53,804 nt of DNA, taken from the NCBI RefSeq assembly GCF_000281045.1, contig NW_008246128.1, positions 186,617 to 240,420 on the forward strand, given 5' to 3'. The position numbers and the translations under genes were made by a program. The notes below the pieces were generated by a model. That model had not been told where the DNA came from, searched no databases, and saw only the letters and a program-made list of their open reading frames with translations. This document shows positions 35,149 to 48,800 of this stretch, in pieces; position 1 is the first letter of the stretch, and the number at the start of each line of letters is the position of its first letter. The stretch is from Saprolegnia diclina VS20. Taxonomy: Eukaryota.

Positions 35149-36018
35149 ATTCGATTTATAACTTCTTGACGCTACGTTCTTGGAAGAGCCGCGGGGTCCA
35201 TGAAGGGGCCGCATCAAGGAGCCGTGTCCCGTGTTGACCATGTCCGTAGCCGAGGTGCGATGCAGTGCCGAAAGCTGCAATGGCGAGACGGTTCACATAG
35301 CACCAGGTGTCATCACCGCAGGACGCTTGCTGGTTCAAGGACGACGACGCCCTGCGTCATGAGTCGAGAGCAGGCTCGAAACACGGCGAAGGAGCCTTCC
35401 CAACGCAGTGACGTCAATCGCAGAAATCCCTGGACTAGCGGCCGTAGGATACCTAGTTGTCGGACCAGCGGTCGCCCGTGTATGCAAGAGGTACACATAT
35501 CCGCGCCGAGCTATCCTAAATAGGCTATCCAAAGCGCACAGGTGACCGCTGGGAACACGGCGCTCGCCTCCCCGAGAGAGGCAGGTCACTTTTGCAAATA
35601 CAGTGCACTGGATGAAGAGGACACCAACGCCATCTACCTCATGTATGATGAGTCCTGGCAACTGCTGCTCACCGATGGACCATGGGCATTCAAGTTGAAG
35701 GAGCTGTGTCCTGTGCCCCGGCTTTGTGGTCAAATCTGATTGTGCCCCGGGGTACTGAACTCGACACCACGTTCGATGGACCTCTCCTCTATATCGGTCC
35801 AGCAATTTTGGTCGGTCGACCGAGCGTACACATACAGTGGCGTGGACTTGGCGACGTTAGTGACTACTTGTTCGCGCCGTCGACTCTTCCTTGGACCCCT
35901 TGCACCGAACGACGACCGCGCTTTTTGACGAACAGGTGTTCGTATCCGGATTCCGGATACGACAAGCGACAGCTCGAATATTACATATTGACGAGTGTTC
36001 CCCTCGACCTCGACGACG

Positions 36019-39000
36019 ATGGACGAGCGCTTCCGCGTGGACTCGTCGGCGTCCTCCGAGTTGGCAGAGCAGCCGATGGACATGGACCGCCCCGAGCAGT
36101 GGGTCTGGTGCCCCGACGATGCCCTCGTGTGCGTACCCGGCGTCATTGTGGCCCAAGGCGCGGACGCCAACACGCTCATCGTGCACACGGAAGATGGCGA
36201 GGAGCGGCAACTCGACATTGACGAGGCGCTGCCTGTGTGCATGGACCTCTCGCGCCGGGTCTCGGACGTCGCCGAGCTTTTCTTGCAGCGGCCCGAGGCG
36301 CCGCCGGACCAAGCCGACGCGATCACGGCGCGCTTGCATGGCAACCTCACGGGGCGCAACGAGACACAGGCGCAAGCGCTCGAGCACGCGCTACTGTACA
36401 CGCTTCGTACGCGGTACCGCGACGAGCAGATCTACACCGAGTGTGGCGCGTCCGTCCTGCTTAGCATGAACCCGAAGCGGCCCGTGCCACTGTACACGCC
36501 GGACCGTATCCGCGCGTACCGCCACCGACAGACGCTCCACGAGCTCCCACCGCACCTCTTTGGCCTCGCGGAAGATGCGATGCGTGCGCTGCACGAGTCG
36601 GGCGACGACCAAGCGATTGTGCTCCTCGGCGAGAGCGGGTCGGGCAAGTCGGAAGCTGCCAAGCTCGTCTTGCAGTACCTCTGCCACCACGAACAGTCGC
36701 GCGGTAGCATTCGCACCAAGTCGCGCTCCAACGCCAGCGAAGGCAGCGCCGCGTCGTCGTCGTCGTCGATCTCGGTGCACATCCCCGTCGAAGAGCAGAT
36801 TCTCCATGCGGTCGCGGTGCTCGAGGCCTTCGGGCATGTGCGCTTGGGGTCCAATGCCAATGCGTCTCGCGTTGCCAAGCTCACGTCAGTCGACTACGAC
36901 ACGCACGGCCGCCTCCTCGCGGGCAGTGTGACCACGTACGGCTTGGAGAAGGCGCGCGTGGTGCAGACCAAGGAGCGCAACTTCCACATATTTCACTACC
37001 TGCTGGCGGAAGCCAGTGTCAACCCGACGCTCTGCGACATCCTCGACTTGCCCGATACGGTGCTGGCCAATACGTCGCCCTTTGCATTTGCCCCCGGGGA
37101 GATTCGACAAAGCGACGCCGCCAAGTACGCGGACGTGGTCGCAAGCCTCGCCGCGCTGCGCGTACCGTCGCACCACGTGCAGAACATGATGAAGGTCCTC
37201 GCGGTCATCTTGCATCTCGGCAATGTCGTCTTTGTACCGGCGACGGCGCACGACACGTCGGAGAATGCGAGCTGCGTCGTCCTCGACGCGTCGAGCCAAA
37301 GTCTGCTCCGCGCTGCGAGTCTGCTCGAGGTCGAAGCCAGCGTCCTCGACCACTACTTTCGCACGCGCAAGATGGTCACGTCCAACCACCAGTCGTCGCT
37401 CAAGATTGTGAGCGTGAGCCAAGCGGCGCGGGCGCGCGATACGTTTTGCCGAAATCTGTACGAAGCGCTTTTTAATGCGGTGGTGTACCGTATGAACGCC
37501 AGCCTCCGCTCCAAGGTCGAGCGCTACGAGAAGAGCAACATCATGGTCGAGAACCGGGGCATCCACGTGCTCGATGGCTTTGGCTTTGACATGGTCGCGG
37601 ACCCGTCGTCCTCCTCTGCCACGTCGTCGTCGTCCTTGCTCGACGATACCATGCTGCTCGTGCACGTCCAAGGCCTCGAGACGCTCCACGCCCATTACTG
37701 GGCCGAGAAGGCGCGGTCGTTCTACCTCTCACGCGTCTTTGAGTCGCCGGCCGCGGCGTCACCGTTGGACCCGTCCAAGTACGTCCGCCTGTACGAAGCG
37801 GCACCGGCGGGTATCTACGTCGTGCTGAACGAGCACATGGCGTCCAAGACCAAGCAAGCCCATGACGCGCACTTTGTCAACAAGCTCCTCGTGGCCAATG
37901 AAAACATTGGCAACCCGTCGCTGCAACCCGTGTTGCCGTCATCGACCAACAAGAAGAACTACAAGCTGCAGTTCCTCGTGCACCACTCGGCGGGCTCGAT
38001 CATCTATGAAGCAGAGGACATGGCGCGCCGGAACAACAAGAGCGTGTCGTCGACCGCCGCCGCGATTCTCAAGTCGTCGCGCAACAGCTTTGTCAAAGGC
38101 CTTGTGGACCGGTATGGCAACTCGCCGACGCACGCGGCGAGCGCGTCGGCCGCACACGTCCGGATTGCTGTCAACTTTAGCGCGATCAAGGCGAACCAAC
38201 CGGACACCAACTCGGTCGCGACCGACCTCTTGCAGCAGGCAAGTGCGCTCTTTGACGGGCTCTCGGGCATGGGGCAGCACTTTGTCGTATGTGTCAACCC
38301 GGCCCAGTCGGCTGCGATTGACGTCGACGCGCGCTATGTGCTCCGACAGCTGCGGTCGTTCCAGGTCCTCGCGCTCATGCACGCGTCGCAGCGGAACCTC
38401 TCGGTGCAGATGACGCCGCCCCACTTTTTTGCGCGGTATCGGCACCTCTGCGGCCACCGAAACACGCTCGAGTCGCTCGTGCGGTCGCTCACGGCGATTG
38501 GCGTCCTCGAAGACCTGACGTGGCGCGTCGACAACAACCAAGTGTGGCTCACGCTCCACCAGCGCAAGAAGCTCGAAAAGGTCCGCGAGGTGTGCCTCAA
38601 CGCCAATGCGACCATGCTGCAGCGGAATTTGCAGCGCGGCGTGTACCGCAAGCTCTGTCTGCGCCGCCGGCATGGCCTACAGAGTCTGCGTGACGCCATG
38701 CACACCCGCGACCGTGCCGGCATTCAGCAAGGCCTGGCGTTTGCAAAGACGTGGGTCGACCCGAATGCGCAGGTCCGCCTCCTTGTGTCGGCCACGGCGA
38801 TGCTGCACCAGATTGAGGAAGAGTCGTACTTGGTGTCGCTCTTGGACGACGCGCTCCGAATGGACGTCAAGATTGTACTGCAGTTTGCGCTGCACACGGT
38901 GACGACGCTGAGTCCGTCGTGGAAGCCCGAAATGCTCAAGAGTGCGTCGACGCGCTTGCGTCACAAGACGACCATGGACAATGCGATGACGGCGCTGCGA

Positions 39001-41929
39001 CAAGCCATGCTGTCGTCGACGGCCGACCCATCCCGCCTCATGGCGCTGCTCTCGGAGCAAGAAAGCCGCGGCTCGGACGAGCGCCAAGTGGCGACGATGG
39101 TCATGATCCGCGCGCTTGAGACGAGGAAGGTCAAGGATGCTGTCCTCATCGGTCTGCCGACCAAAGGGGCAAGTGCAACCGAGTGGACCCAAGGCATTGC
39201 ACGTGCGATCGAGTTTGGCTTGGGCGATGCCCTCTTGGACATGATGGCTGCGTCTTGGGACGCCTGGGCGTGCCTCCGCGAGCAAGGGTCCACCGGCGAC
39301 GTCAGTGCTGTCGAGGCCGTCCTCGAAAAGGCCGTCGCCAAGCAGTCGGTGACAACAATCGAGGCGTGCTTGGGCATTTTATTAGAGGCCGGTTTTCCGC
39401 CGTCGCCGCTGCAGGACGCGGCGGCGCAGCTCTTGGAAAAGGTCCTCCTCAAGCCGAGTCTGGAGCGATCCCAAGCGATTGAGCTCATCGACTTTGCGAT
39501 CGAAGCCGGGCATCCACAGCTCTTGGCAGCGGCGCTCAAGCGCTGCAAGGCTGTGGGCATGGCGTCGTGGGACGCCAACGTCAAGCGGGCGACGCAGGCG
39601 CAAGCGGCGTTGGCGAATGCGACGGCGTTTGCCCCCAGTGACGATGACGCGTGGCGACGTCTCGTGGCCAAGGACCTCGACGGCGTCCGCGCGACGGCGT
39701 CGGCCGACTCGCCCGTGCAGGCGATCGTGGCGGCGTTGGACGCGCGGGCAGCGGCGGTTGCCGCGATCCACGACCTCCCGCCCGAAGCGCAGCTTGAGCA
39801 AGCGGCACAGCTCGGCGTCCTACCGCAGTTTGCATCGGTCGCCAAAGATCTCTTCCAGCGCCTCGACGCCGCGCGCAACGTGGAAGCGCTTATGCACTGG
39901 ACAACGTTCCTCGCGTTCCGCTTGGACCACGGCCAGGAAGTGCGGCAAGACATGCTGACGCTCCTTGCGTCCCAGACCCAACTTGTGACGAGCCTCGGGG
40001 CCACCAACGCACACGCCGCACTGGACGCCGCCGCCTCGATCACCAAGCGGCTCCAGCGTGCGCTCACGAACCGGTCCAAGCTCGAAAAGCTCTTGAAGGC
40101 GCCCGTCAATGCCCGTGCGCTGGCCAAAGGGATTGACGAAGCGTCGGACGCCGGCGTCGACGCCGTGCTCTTGTCGGCAGCCCAAGACGTCCTCCGGAAG
40201 CTCTCGGTGGCCGCAACCGACGAGACAGTGGACGAGACGCCGTCCTCGTCGATCGTCGATGCGTCGACCAATGGCGCGCCCCTCGAGATGGCAACGTACC
40301 CCGGTCTTCGCGTGCTTCGCGACGAAAACCCGCCGCCGTTCCAGTGGGAATACCGTGTACTCGATCAGCCGGTGCTTGCAAGTATCCCGGCGCACCACAG
40401 CGTGTACATTCATCGGTGCATCCTCGGCTACATGCGCGACCGCGTCATGTCGTTCCGCGAGATGCTTGCGCAGAGCATCTTGCAAATCGGGTTGGCCCAC
40501 ACGCACCTCGTCGACGAGATTTTCGCTCAGTTAGTCAAGCAGCTGACCAACAACCCGCGCCGCGAGAGCGTCCGGCGCGGCTGGGACCTCCTCGGACTGT
40601 GCTTGACGTGCTTTCGACCTTCGTCCAGCCTGCACCCGTACCTCGTGGCGTTCTTGTCCAAGGACGTGGCCTCGTCCACGAGTCGGCGTCGGCTCGGGAC
40701 GACGACAACCGACAGCGACGACGACCAGTATGTGGACGACGAGCCGAGAATGGTCCAAGACGACGATACGCCCCTCGACCAGCGTCTGGCGCTCATGAAG
40801 GCCCGCGGCGTCGCCCAGTACTGCCTTGCCCGCCTCGAGGGCGACAGCGCGGCCGAAGGGTTTCTTCCAAGCCTCGGTGAGCTCCAGTCGTTTGAATTGC
40901 GCTCGCCGTTTGTCGCGAGCATCGAGCTTCTCGACGGGACGCTGTTGACGACCAACTTTCCTGTCTCGCCCGAGCTCAGCGTCATGAACGTCGTGCAAGT
41001 GTGCGCCCACTTTTTGCATTTGAGCGAAGACCTTTCACGCTTGCTCGGGTTGGCGCTCTTGTCGGATGACGCGCCGACCGCGACGTGGTGCCATCCATTG
41101 GCGTACCTCTGCGATGTCTACTACGACCCGATCCGACACCGCCGCCGCCCGGCCCGCCTTCGGTTCGTTCTCAAGGTGCGGCTGCTGCCGCCACTCGCCT
41201 TGGTCGAAGACGATCTCTTTCGCCGGCTCTTGTACCTGCAAGCCATGGACGATATTGTGACGGCGTCGGCACTGCCGTACACGCATGCCGAGACGTTGGT
41301 GCGCCTCGCGGCGTACGCGATGCTGATCGATACGTCCCCGGACCTGACGCCATCGAGCGAAGACGAGGTATGCTCTCCATTGTACGATGGCACACTGGCT
41401 GATTGTATACTTGTAGGTGCTCGATATGAACGTGTACGACTACCTCCCACCGGCGTGGCACGTGGAGAAGACCGAGGACGAGTGGGCCGAGCTCATTTTC
41501 GCGCACCTCTCGCGCTTTGCCGCCGAGCTGAGCTTGGCCGAGTGGCAAGACCGGTTCATGGACGAAGTCACAAAGCACCGGCTGTACGGCAGTCACTTTT
41601 TCACGATCGACCGTGTTGCGAGCAGCAAAAGCAGCGCGCTCACCAATGTGTTTGATCTCGTCGGCGACGCGTCGTGCCGCGTCGGCGTTAACGGCCACGG
41701 CATCCACTTCCTCAAGGCCGAGACGGTCGTCATGAGCTGGGAACACGCCGACGTGGCGAGCGTGAGCGGCAACGGCGACAAGATCGCGGTTCAAACGACC
41801 CAAGCGACCCTCGTGGGCCTCTGCGTCGAGGCGGACGCGCTGCGCCAGCTCCTCCACGACTATGCGCAGTGGACCGCCAAGCCGACGCTGCTGCGTGCGT
41901 CGAGCCGGGTCCCGTACCTCGGTGCGTAG
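36019..41929 (+). CDS. Unconventional myosin with a divergent motor, helical stalk and MyTH4-FERM tail; exons 36019-41367 and 41417-41929
   Basis: LRTRYRDEQIYT, LPPHLFGLAE, P-loop GESGSGKSE, LEAFGH, ERNFHIFHYL; MyTH4 (LVDEIFAQLVKQLTNNP...GWDLL); FERM-like C-terminus (LYGSHFF). Confidence 0.88.
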
Positions 41930-42213
41930 ACAACTGTGCTTTAGAGTGTTAAGCTGTGTGTATGAATGCAAGTCCAGTCGTTCTTGGTCCTTCACGCACC
42001 AACTACTAAGGGACCGGACTAGGGTCAGGGTCCCTTGCTTCTTTTAGCTAAAGGTATACCCTTGGTTTAGCCCACCGCCATGGGGTAGGGGTAGGGTAAG
42101 GGTCATGAGCAACGGTCGCGCAGCCATCCACGGGACAGCCAAGGGTGGCCAACACTAGGTACCACTGGTTCAAACACGCAAAACAGTGTTGCTTGATTCG
42201 GAATAGCATCAAG

Positions 42214-44611
42214 CTACAGCAGAGGCAACAAGGGGACCGTGCTCGGCTCGGGCGGCGGTGGCGGCAGATAGCAGAGCGTCGCAAGCGGCGCCGTGCCGCC
42301 CGTCAATGTTTGAACGATAGCCTACAGTTTGATGTGCGTTTTCCCTTCAGCGCTGGCGGGTCTTCATACCTGCTCAATGAGAGAATCGAGCTCGCACTGT
42401 GGCAAGAGCAGGCGCAAGCGTGGGCGCGGGACGGCGCGGAGGCCCTACGCATCGCGTGTCATTCGCCTTACCTCCTTGCATCTTTGTACGAAGCTGCTGG
42501 CTTGGTGCTGAAGCGCTCGCTTCCGCAGGTGCTAGATGGTATCCCCTTTCCATGCTGACTCGTTTGGCTTTGGTTACGTACAATGTTGTGTTGTTTCTGG
42601 GCTAGCTTCCACTGCCCGAGTCGATACTTGGTCATTTGCTTCAGGTGTTCCTGCCGTCGACGTCGGTGCACGTGGAGAAGCGCGTCGTGTACCAGCGCGG
42701 GGTCGCACCACGGACGGTCGCTACCCGCGTCCTTTGGACTCCGTATCGTAAATGGCCCTACGTACCCGAGGAGGTCGCCGACACAGAACATCAAATCGCT
42801 CGAATACGCGCACGTGCGCAGCTGCCGCTTGTCGCGAAGCGCTTTGAGGCGCAATTGGCAGCGCAAGCTCGTCACGTCGACTTCAGTGGCCAGCGCCAGT
42901 CGGAGCTCGATGCTGAGGAGGAGTTTGTTGAGCCAGAGGTGGAGCTCGGACGTTGCGTCCGATGTCAACACGAGACAGCGTGTTTTGTCTTGCTCAAGGT
43001 AGACCACCAAGAACGGACGTCCGTGGGGTCGTGGCAGCAGCTCGGCGGCCGTCGGCGTACACTGGAGCATCCATGTCGATCACCTATAAGAACCGTGGTT
43101 TGTACATACCGAGAGGAAGAAGCCGTCGTCGGCGGCGTCGACTCGACCGTACAAGTGTCCTTGGCTCGTCAACGTAAAGTGCTTGCGCGTCTATGCGATA
43201 ATCCTGTTGGTCTATCGCAATGGTAAAATTGACGAGGCTACTGTCGTCGGCGACACGTGCCAGAGCACGTGAAACGGTAGAAAAGGCGCCGCCTTGCGTT
43301 GCGCGACGGCCGTGCGCCGGAGGTGGACTTCCCGGGCATGCCACTGCAAGTGCAGCAGCTCCAAGTGGCCTTGCACCGATCGGTACAGGGTTCGCCACCA
43401 CATTTGGACGCGTCGGACGCGGTCGATAAACCGTCGCAAGGCCTTCAGAAAGGCTGGTCGGCTCGTCGCCCACGTCAAGAAGCTGCGCAGCGTAGTCGCC
43501 GCGCGGAGTCGCAACGTGCCGCGGGCCTGCAGTAGGCGCTACACGTCGATGGGTTCTCAACCGACTACGAGGTCTATCATGTGTACCGGCCACAGCAGCC
43601 GGTGGATAATGTGCTGCGTCACGTGGCGCGTGTGCAGGACCGTCGCGCGGTGCCACCGTAGAAGGGCCGCGTGCACCGCCTGCCGTCGTCGCTCGAGGCA
43701 GAGAACGAGCCGGTGGCAAATTCGGTACTGGCACGCAATGAGGAAGAAGCGCGTATGCACCTCGATTGTCAAGAGAATGCTCGCCCAGAGGCGGCGTCGG
43801 CGGGCTCGAAACTCGGTCGACTATAGAAGCAATTGATGTCGTCGGGCCTCGGACCGTGTGCTACCTGTGGCGAGTGCACGGCTGCGATCGTGTCGGCAGC
43901 ACTCGGTTGGCTTGCGGGCGCCAAAAACGTCCGGCGAAACCGAGGCGAGTGGTTCCACGACGACTGCGGTGTCGACGCAAAGCTCGAGCCTACACATAAT
44001 CGATCAACACCGTAGAAGGGACACGACTATGTACGGGGTGCTGGCAGCGGTCGCGTGTCCGACTCGGGCGGTGGCGCACGCGAGAGGTGCATGCTTGCAC
44101 GGGGTGCACGTGGTGTCCGGGGACCTTGGCTATTCACCGTGTAGGCGCCAGGGCCTGGTCCCGTGGCGAGCGACGGCTCGATCGCCCGGTGGACCTCAGC
44201 AAGGGCCATGAACGCATTGGCGCGTGGGCCATCGAGACGCCAGTGGCTGCTGTCGTACGCACCTGGCCCCGGTGTTGCTACAAGACGATAAAGCTACCAT
44301 AGTTGATCAGACGACGTACTGTAGACGGCAAGCCGCGTATCAAAGCGCGCTTGGCGGGAAAACTTTGTGCAAAGTCGTGTCGGCGGCGCGCTCGGAGGTC
44401 GGTGACACGCGGCGCGCGGCGGCCGCTGACAAGCTGTCGCCATTATGACATTATGACCATTGTGCCTCAGGTTACAGAGGTGGAGCGTACGCTGTCGCGA
44501 GGGTCGGGACGGTAGTGCCATCGTGCAAAGGGCAGCCGCTTGAACGCTCTCGATTGCACGTCGAATGCCATTGCTCTCGTCGTCGCTCGCGTTGCTCGCT
44601 GATACCACCAT
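42214..44611 (-). CDS. Hypothetical multi-exon protein with PGPGAY (STPGR/ODF3-like) repeats, an IQ-like segment and a PH-like domain
   Basis: KFSRQARFD...TPGPGAYD...GPGPGAYT; FIDRVRRVQMWWR; RPFLVVYLEQDKTRCLVLTSDATSELHLWLNKL; spliced 3' end ...PLLPLL*. Confidence 0.55.
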
Positions 44612-44898
44612 GGGTCATCCATCACCCGAATGGGCTGAAACCGGCAGACGTCCTTTTTCGCTGAGGCAGTTACCATCTCCGGCGGACCAAGATTGCTAGC
44701 TTCGTTCATGCTGCTGCATGTGTATGGCGCACCATTGCAAGGGCCGCCATTACTTGTCCAAGTAGCAGTATAGTGACAGTGAGCAAGCTCGTCCAGCGGC
44801 TACTAGCACCGGCCAACGTTCGTCGCATGGCTTTCTGGTCAAGTCCAAATGGCGTGCGTTTAGCCAATGGGTGCCACGTGGCATTTTCAAGATTCAAG

Positions 44899-45844
44899 AT
44901 GGAGCTGCGCCAGCGCCGCCACGACGACCTCCGCAACGAGAGCGACGACGACGCCGACGAGGGCGTATCGGCGGGCGACGCGGGCCTCGACGAGCAAGAC
45001 AAGGTGCTCTGGGTGTGGCTGCCGCTCATCATGGTCGGCCTCGGCGCGCTCCTCTTTGCGTCCATGCACGTCATCAACAGCCACGACGACACGGCGCGCA
45101 TGCTGCATGCGATTAGCCACGGCCCGCGCGTGCCCGGCGGCCACCACGAGTACCGCTTGACGAAGACCGAGCTCGCGCTCTTCAACGGCGTCGAGCAGGA
45201 CCGCCTCTTCCTCGCCGTGCTCGGCCAAGTGTTTGATGTCTCTGCGGGCAAGAAGCACTACGGCGACGGCGGCGCGTACCGCCACTTTATCGGCGTCGAC
45301 CGCAGCCGCGCGTTTAGCTCGGGCGTCGCTACCGACGGCGATGACGTGAGGTATGCGTCGCATGCCTTCTCATGGCCATGACGATGACGATGGTGCTAGC
45401 TCGTTTACAGACAAGCAGCTGCTCGATGTCCATCGGTGGCTCGTCTTCTTCGACACCAACAAGGCCTACGCGCGCATGGGCACGGTCGAGGGCGTCTACT
45501 ACGACAAGTACGTACTTGGATGCTCGACACGCGTCCAAACCGTCATGTCTAGGTTTGGCCACGCGACGCCACTCATGCAGGCGCTGCGCGAGCGCATTCG
45601 GGCAGCCAAGGCCGCCGAAGACGCGGCCGCAGCCATCGAGGCGTGCAACATGGAATGGAAAGCAGGCGAAGGTAGCGTCGTGTGGTGCCAGGACCCCAAC
45701 AAGTTTCCGCGCAAGCACGTGGGCGGGCGTTGCGGGTGCTTTACCGCCGCCGACATAGCGATGCAAAGCGAGCCGCTCGAGCTCATGGACCACTGCAAGG
45801 AGCTCGACAAGCGGTGCGTCTCGGCCACATACAGCGCGTCCTAA
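44899..45844 (+). CDS. Cytochrome b5-like heme/steroid-binding membrane protein (neuferricin-like), 2 introns
   Basis: TM helix; LTKTELALFNG...LFLAVLGQVFDVSAGKKHYG..GAYRHFIGVDRSRAFSSG; C-terminal CNMEW...VVWC...PRK...RCGC...C. Confidence 0.85.
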
Positions 45845-45889
45845 GTCATCTGGAAACACCGAGAAAATCATTCAATACAAAATCGACGA

Positions 45890-48800
45890 CTAGAAGCTAT
45901 CGCTCAGCATGCCATCGAGGTCGGCCTCGCACATGTCGCAGAGGATGCTGTACGGCTCGTTGTGGAACGTGCAGCGGGGACACACCCGCGGCTCGGCCGA
46001 CGAATTCGGCGTCGGGTCGGCCAGCGCCGGCAAGCTCTCGTCTTCGTCAAAGGCGCCCATGGTATCGAGCGAGTCGTGGCGCGGCCGGGTCGTCGCTTCC
46101 AGCACCGGAACCAACGCCGTCGACGTGGTCGTCGCACCCTCGTAGCCCTCGGCGGTCCACTGCAGCGCCAGGTTGCCGGCAGGCATCGAATAGAGCACGC
46201 AAATCGTGAGCGCGGGCACTTCGCGCACGAGGTACAGTGGCGCGGGCGACTGCACGTCCAGCGTGAGCACGACCGGCGTCTGGCGCGAATTCGTTACGTG
46301 AAACTCGAGCACCTCGCCGTACTGCCACGCCTGCAAGAGCAGCTCGACCTTCTCGTCTTGCTTGATGAGCTCGGGCTCGTACGCGATCGGCCGGTGCTCC
46401 AAGACCCGGTCTTCGGGCGGCGACCACACTTGGAAGCGCTTGTAGCGCAACGACAATGGAATGTGGTTGGTCGTCGTGATCGGGATCGACGCGATGGCGG
46501 TCGCCGTCGTCGCTGTCGATCCGAGCGCGTCACGGACCCAATCGAGAAACGTTGCGTGGTGCAACTGCACTGGAAAGAGGCTGCCGAGGAGCTGCGAGAG
46601 CGGTGGCAGCTCGTCGCTGAGCACGAGAAGCGTCTCGAGTACTTTGTGGCACCACGCAAGATGGCTCAGCCGGCCAAAGTACAGTGCGTACAAGAGACCC
46701 CAGTGGTGCGGCGCCGCGCCACGGCGCACCAAAAGCCACTGCAGCCGCTGCGGCTGCAGAGCATCGGGGAGGCGCAGTAGCGTCACGAGCGCCAAGAGGG
46801 CATTCGCGATACCGACGACGCTGCCGTGCGTGAGCGTCGAGAGCACGAGCTCGCAGAGGCTCAGCGACAGCGCACGATTGTCCTTGCACGCACACGCAAT
46901 GACGCGGTTGAGCGCCGTCGCCATCTTGTCATCGGCTTGCGGCAGCCAGTGCCAAAGCCGCTGGAAAAACGCCAGCGAAAAGACGGCCGTCGCGTTCGAT
47001 GTGGGTGCCAAGAGCACCATGAGATCGAGGAGCGGACCGAGCTTGGGCACGAGAAAATTGTTGCCCATGATGGTCGAGTGCGGAATCAACGGCGTCCGGA
47101 CGCCATCGACAACGAGCGACGTCGGCTGCCCCAACACAAACGCGTGGCACCATGCGAGCGTCTCCCGCGCGACGAACCACTCGATGTCGTTCGAAGCCAT
47201 GTGATGCACGAGCGTCCAGTACTGCTCCATGCGCATCCACTGCGTCGAGACCGCGGGTATCCAGCCTAGAATGACGTCGTACGCGGCGCGGCGGCGGCCG
47301 AGCGGGCACAGGCCGAGAACGTGCAACACAAACGCGACGTACGCCTCCCGCACCAAGACGTCAGGGCACGAAAGCACAAACAACGGCGCTTCCTTCAAGA
47401 GCTCGTCGAGCGACCGCGTCGCCATGTCGGGTGTCCAGAGCGGCAGCAAGCGCTCGAGCACCGAGGGTAAGAGCGCGGTTTCCGTCGTTTTCGCAATGTT
47501 GTGCCACACAAACTCGGTCGCAAGCAGCACCAAATTGAGCGAGAGCGACGCGGTCGTCTCGAGCAGCGCAATCAAAAAGCTGTAGAAATCTGGTTGCAAA
47601 AAGTGTGCCTCGAGCGCGCACCGGCGGTTGTCGTCGTCGATCGTCGCTTGCAGCAGTGGTGGCAACGGCGACGACGGCGCGTCATAGTGCGCGTCCGGCG
47701 CGTTCGTATACAAAAGCATGTACGCACTCTTCTGGCTCGTCGCCGACCCAAAGCAGTCCACTTGGAGGTGCGACTCGAGATGCCACGGACGCGTGATTGC
47801 ATCGTTGCACTCAATCCACGTTCCGCGGTTTGTCTGCACGTACGAGTAGTAGTGCCCCGACTGCGCCGTGCCGCTGTGCACGACAATGCCCACCAGCGTA
47901 TACAGCGGCGCGGTCTTCGTGTCGGCCACATAGGCGCTCACATCGAGCTCGAGCGGAAAGGCGAACGCCGAGTTGATCTTCTCGGTCGTAAACGTGTGGT
48001 AGTTGAGTGTGAACCGGTTGAGATGGACGACGAGGTACGGCGGCAGTCCATGCAAGAGCGCTTGCTTTGTAATGTGCACGTTGGTGTGCTCGGCATCCCA
48101 ATCAAAGCCCGAGATCGCGTCGGGCTTGGCCCACATAGCAAGCGACTCGTCGAGCGAGTGGAGGTTCTGGACGTCGAGCGAGACGCAGCAAAAGTTTTCG
48201 CTCGACCGACGCGCTTGGCTCTCAAACGCGAGTTCGTGGAAGAGCGACCCCGTGAGGATATGATGGAGCCCGACGGCCTCGAGCATATCGACAATGTGCA
48301 AGTAGAGCTGCTGCGCATCTTGCTGCACGCCGGCTTCAAACGGCGACGCTTGCGACACGCTGAGCGGACTGTACTCGGGTCGGCGCGAGGCTTGGAGGTG
48401 GCCAAAGCACGTCTGGAGCGCTTGCAGCAACGGCGACGCGTCGGTTGCGTCCAGCTGCAAGACGGCCGATCGCAACGACGGGATGTAGTACAGTTGCTGC
48501 AGAATGCTGTTGAGAAAGCACGTGTTGCCATTGTTCTTCAAGCCGACAAGCGACTGCGACGAGGAAGCGCTGGGCACTGCAGTCGCAAAGTGTTCGAGCG
48601 TCGGCAACTGCGGAAAGATCGATTCGAGAAGCATCGCCATCGGCGTTCCAAAATGCTGCAGCAGACTGTACATCTCGTGCCGACAGCGGGGCGACCAGTG
48701 CGTGTTGAGGTACGCCGTGTACAGCGGTGCGACAACCGCCCACTCGAGCGGCATGCGCGTGAGGACCTGCAAGCAGCCCGCGACTACGTCATCGGCCGAC

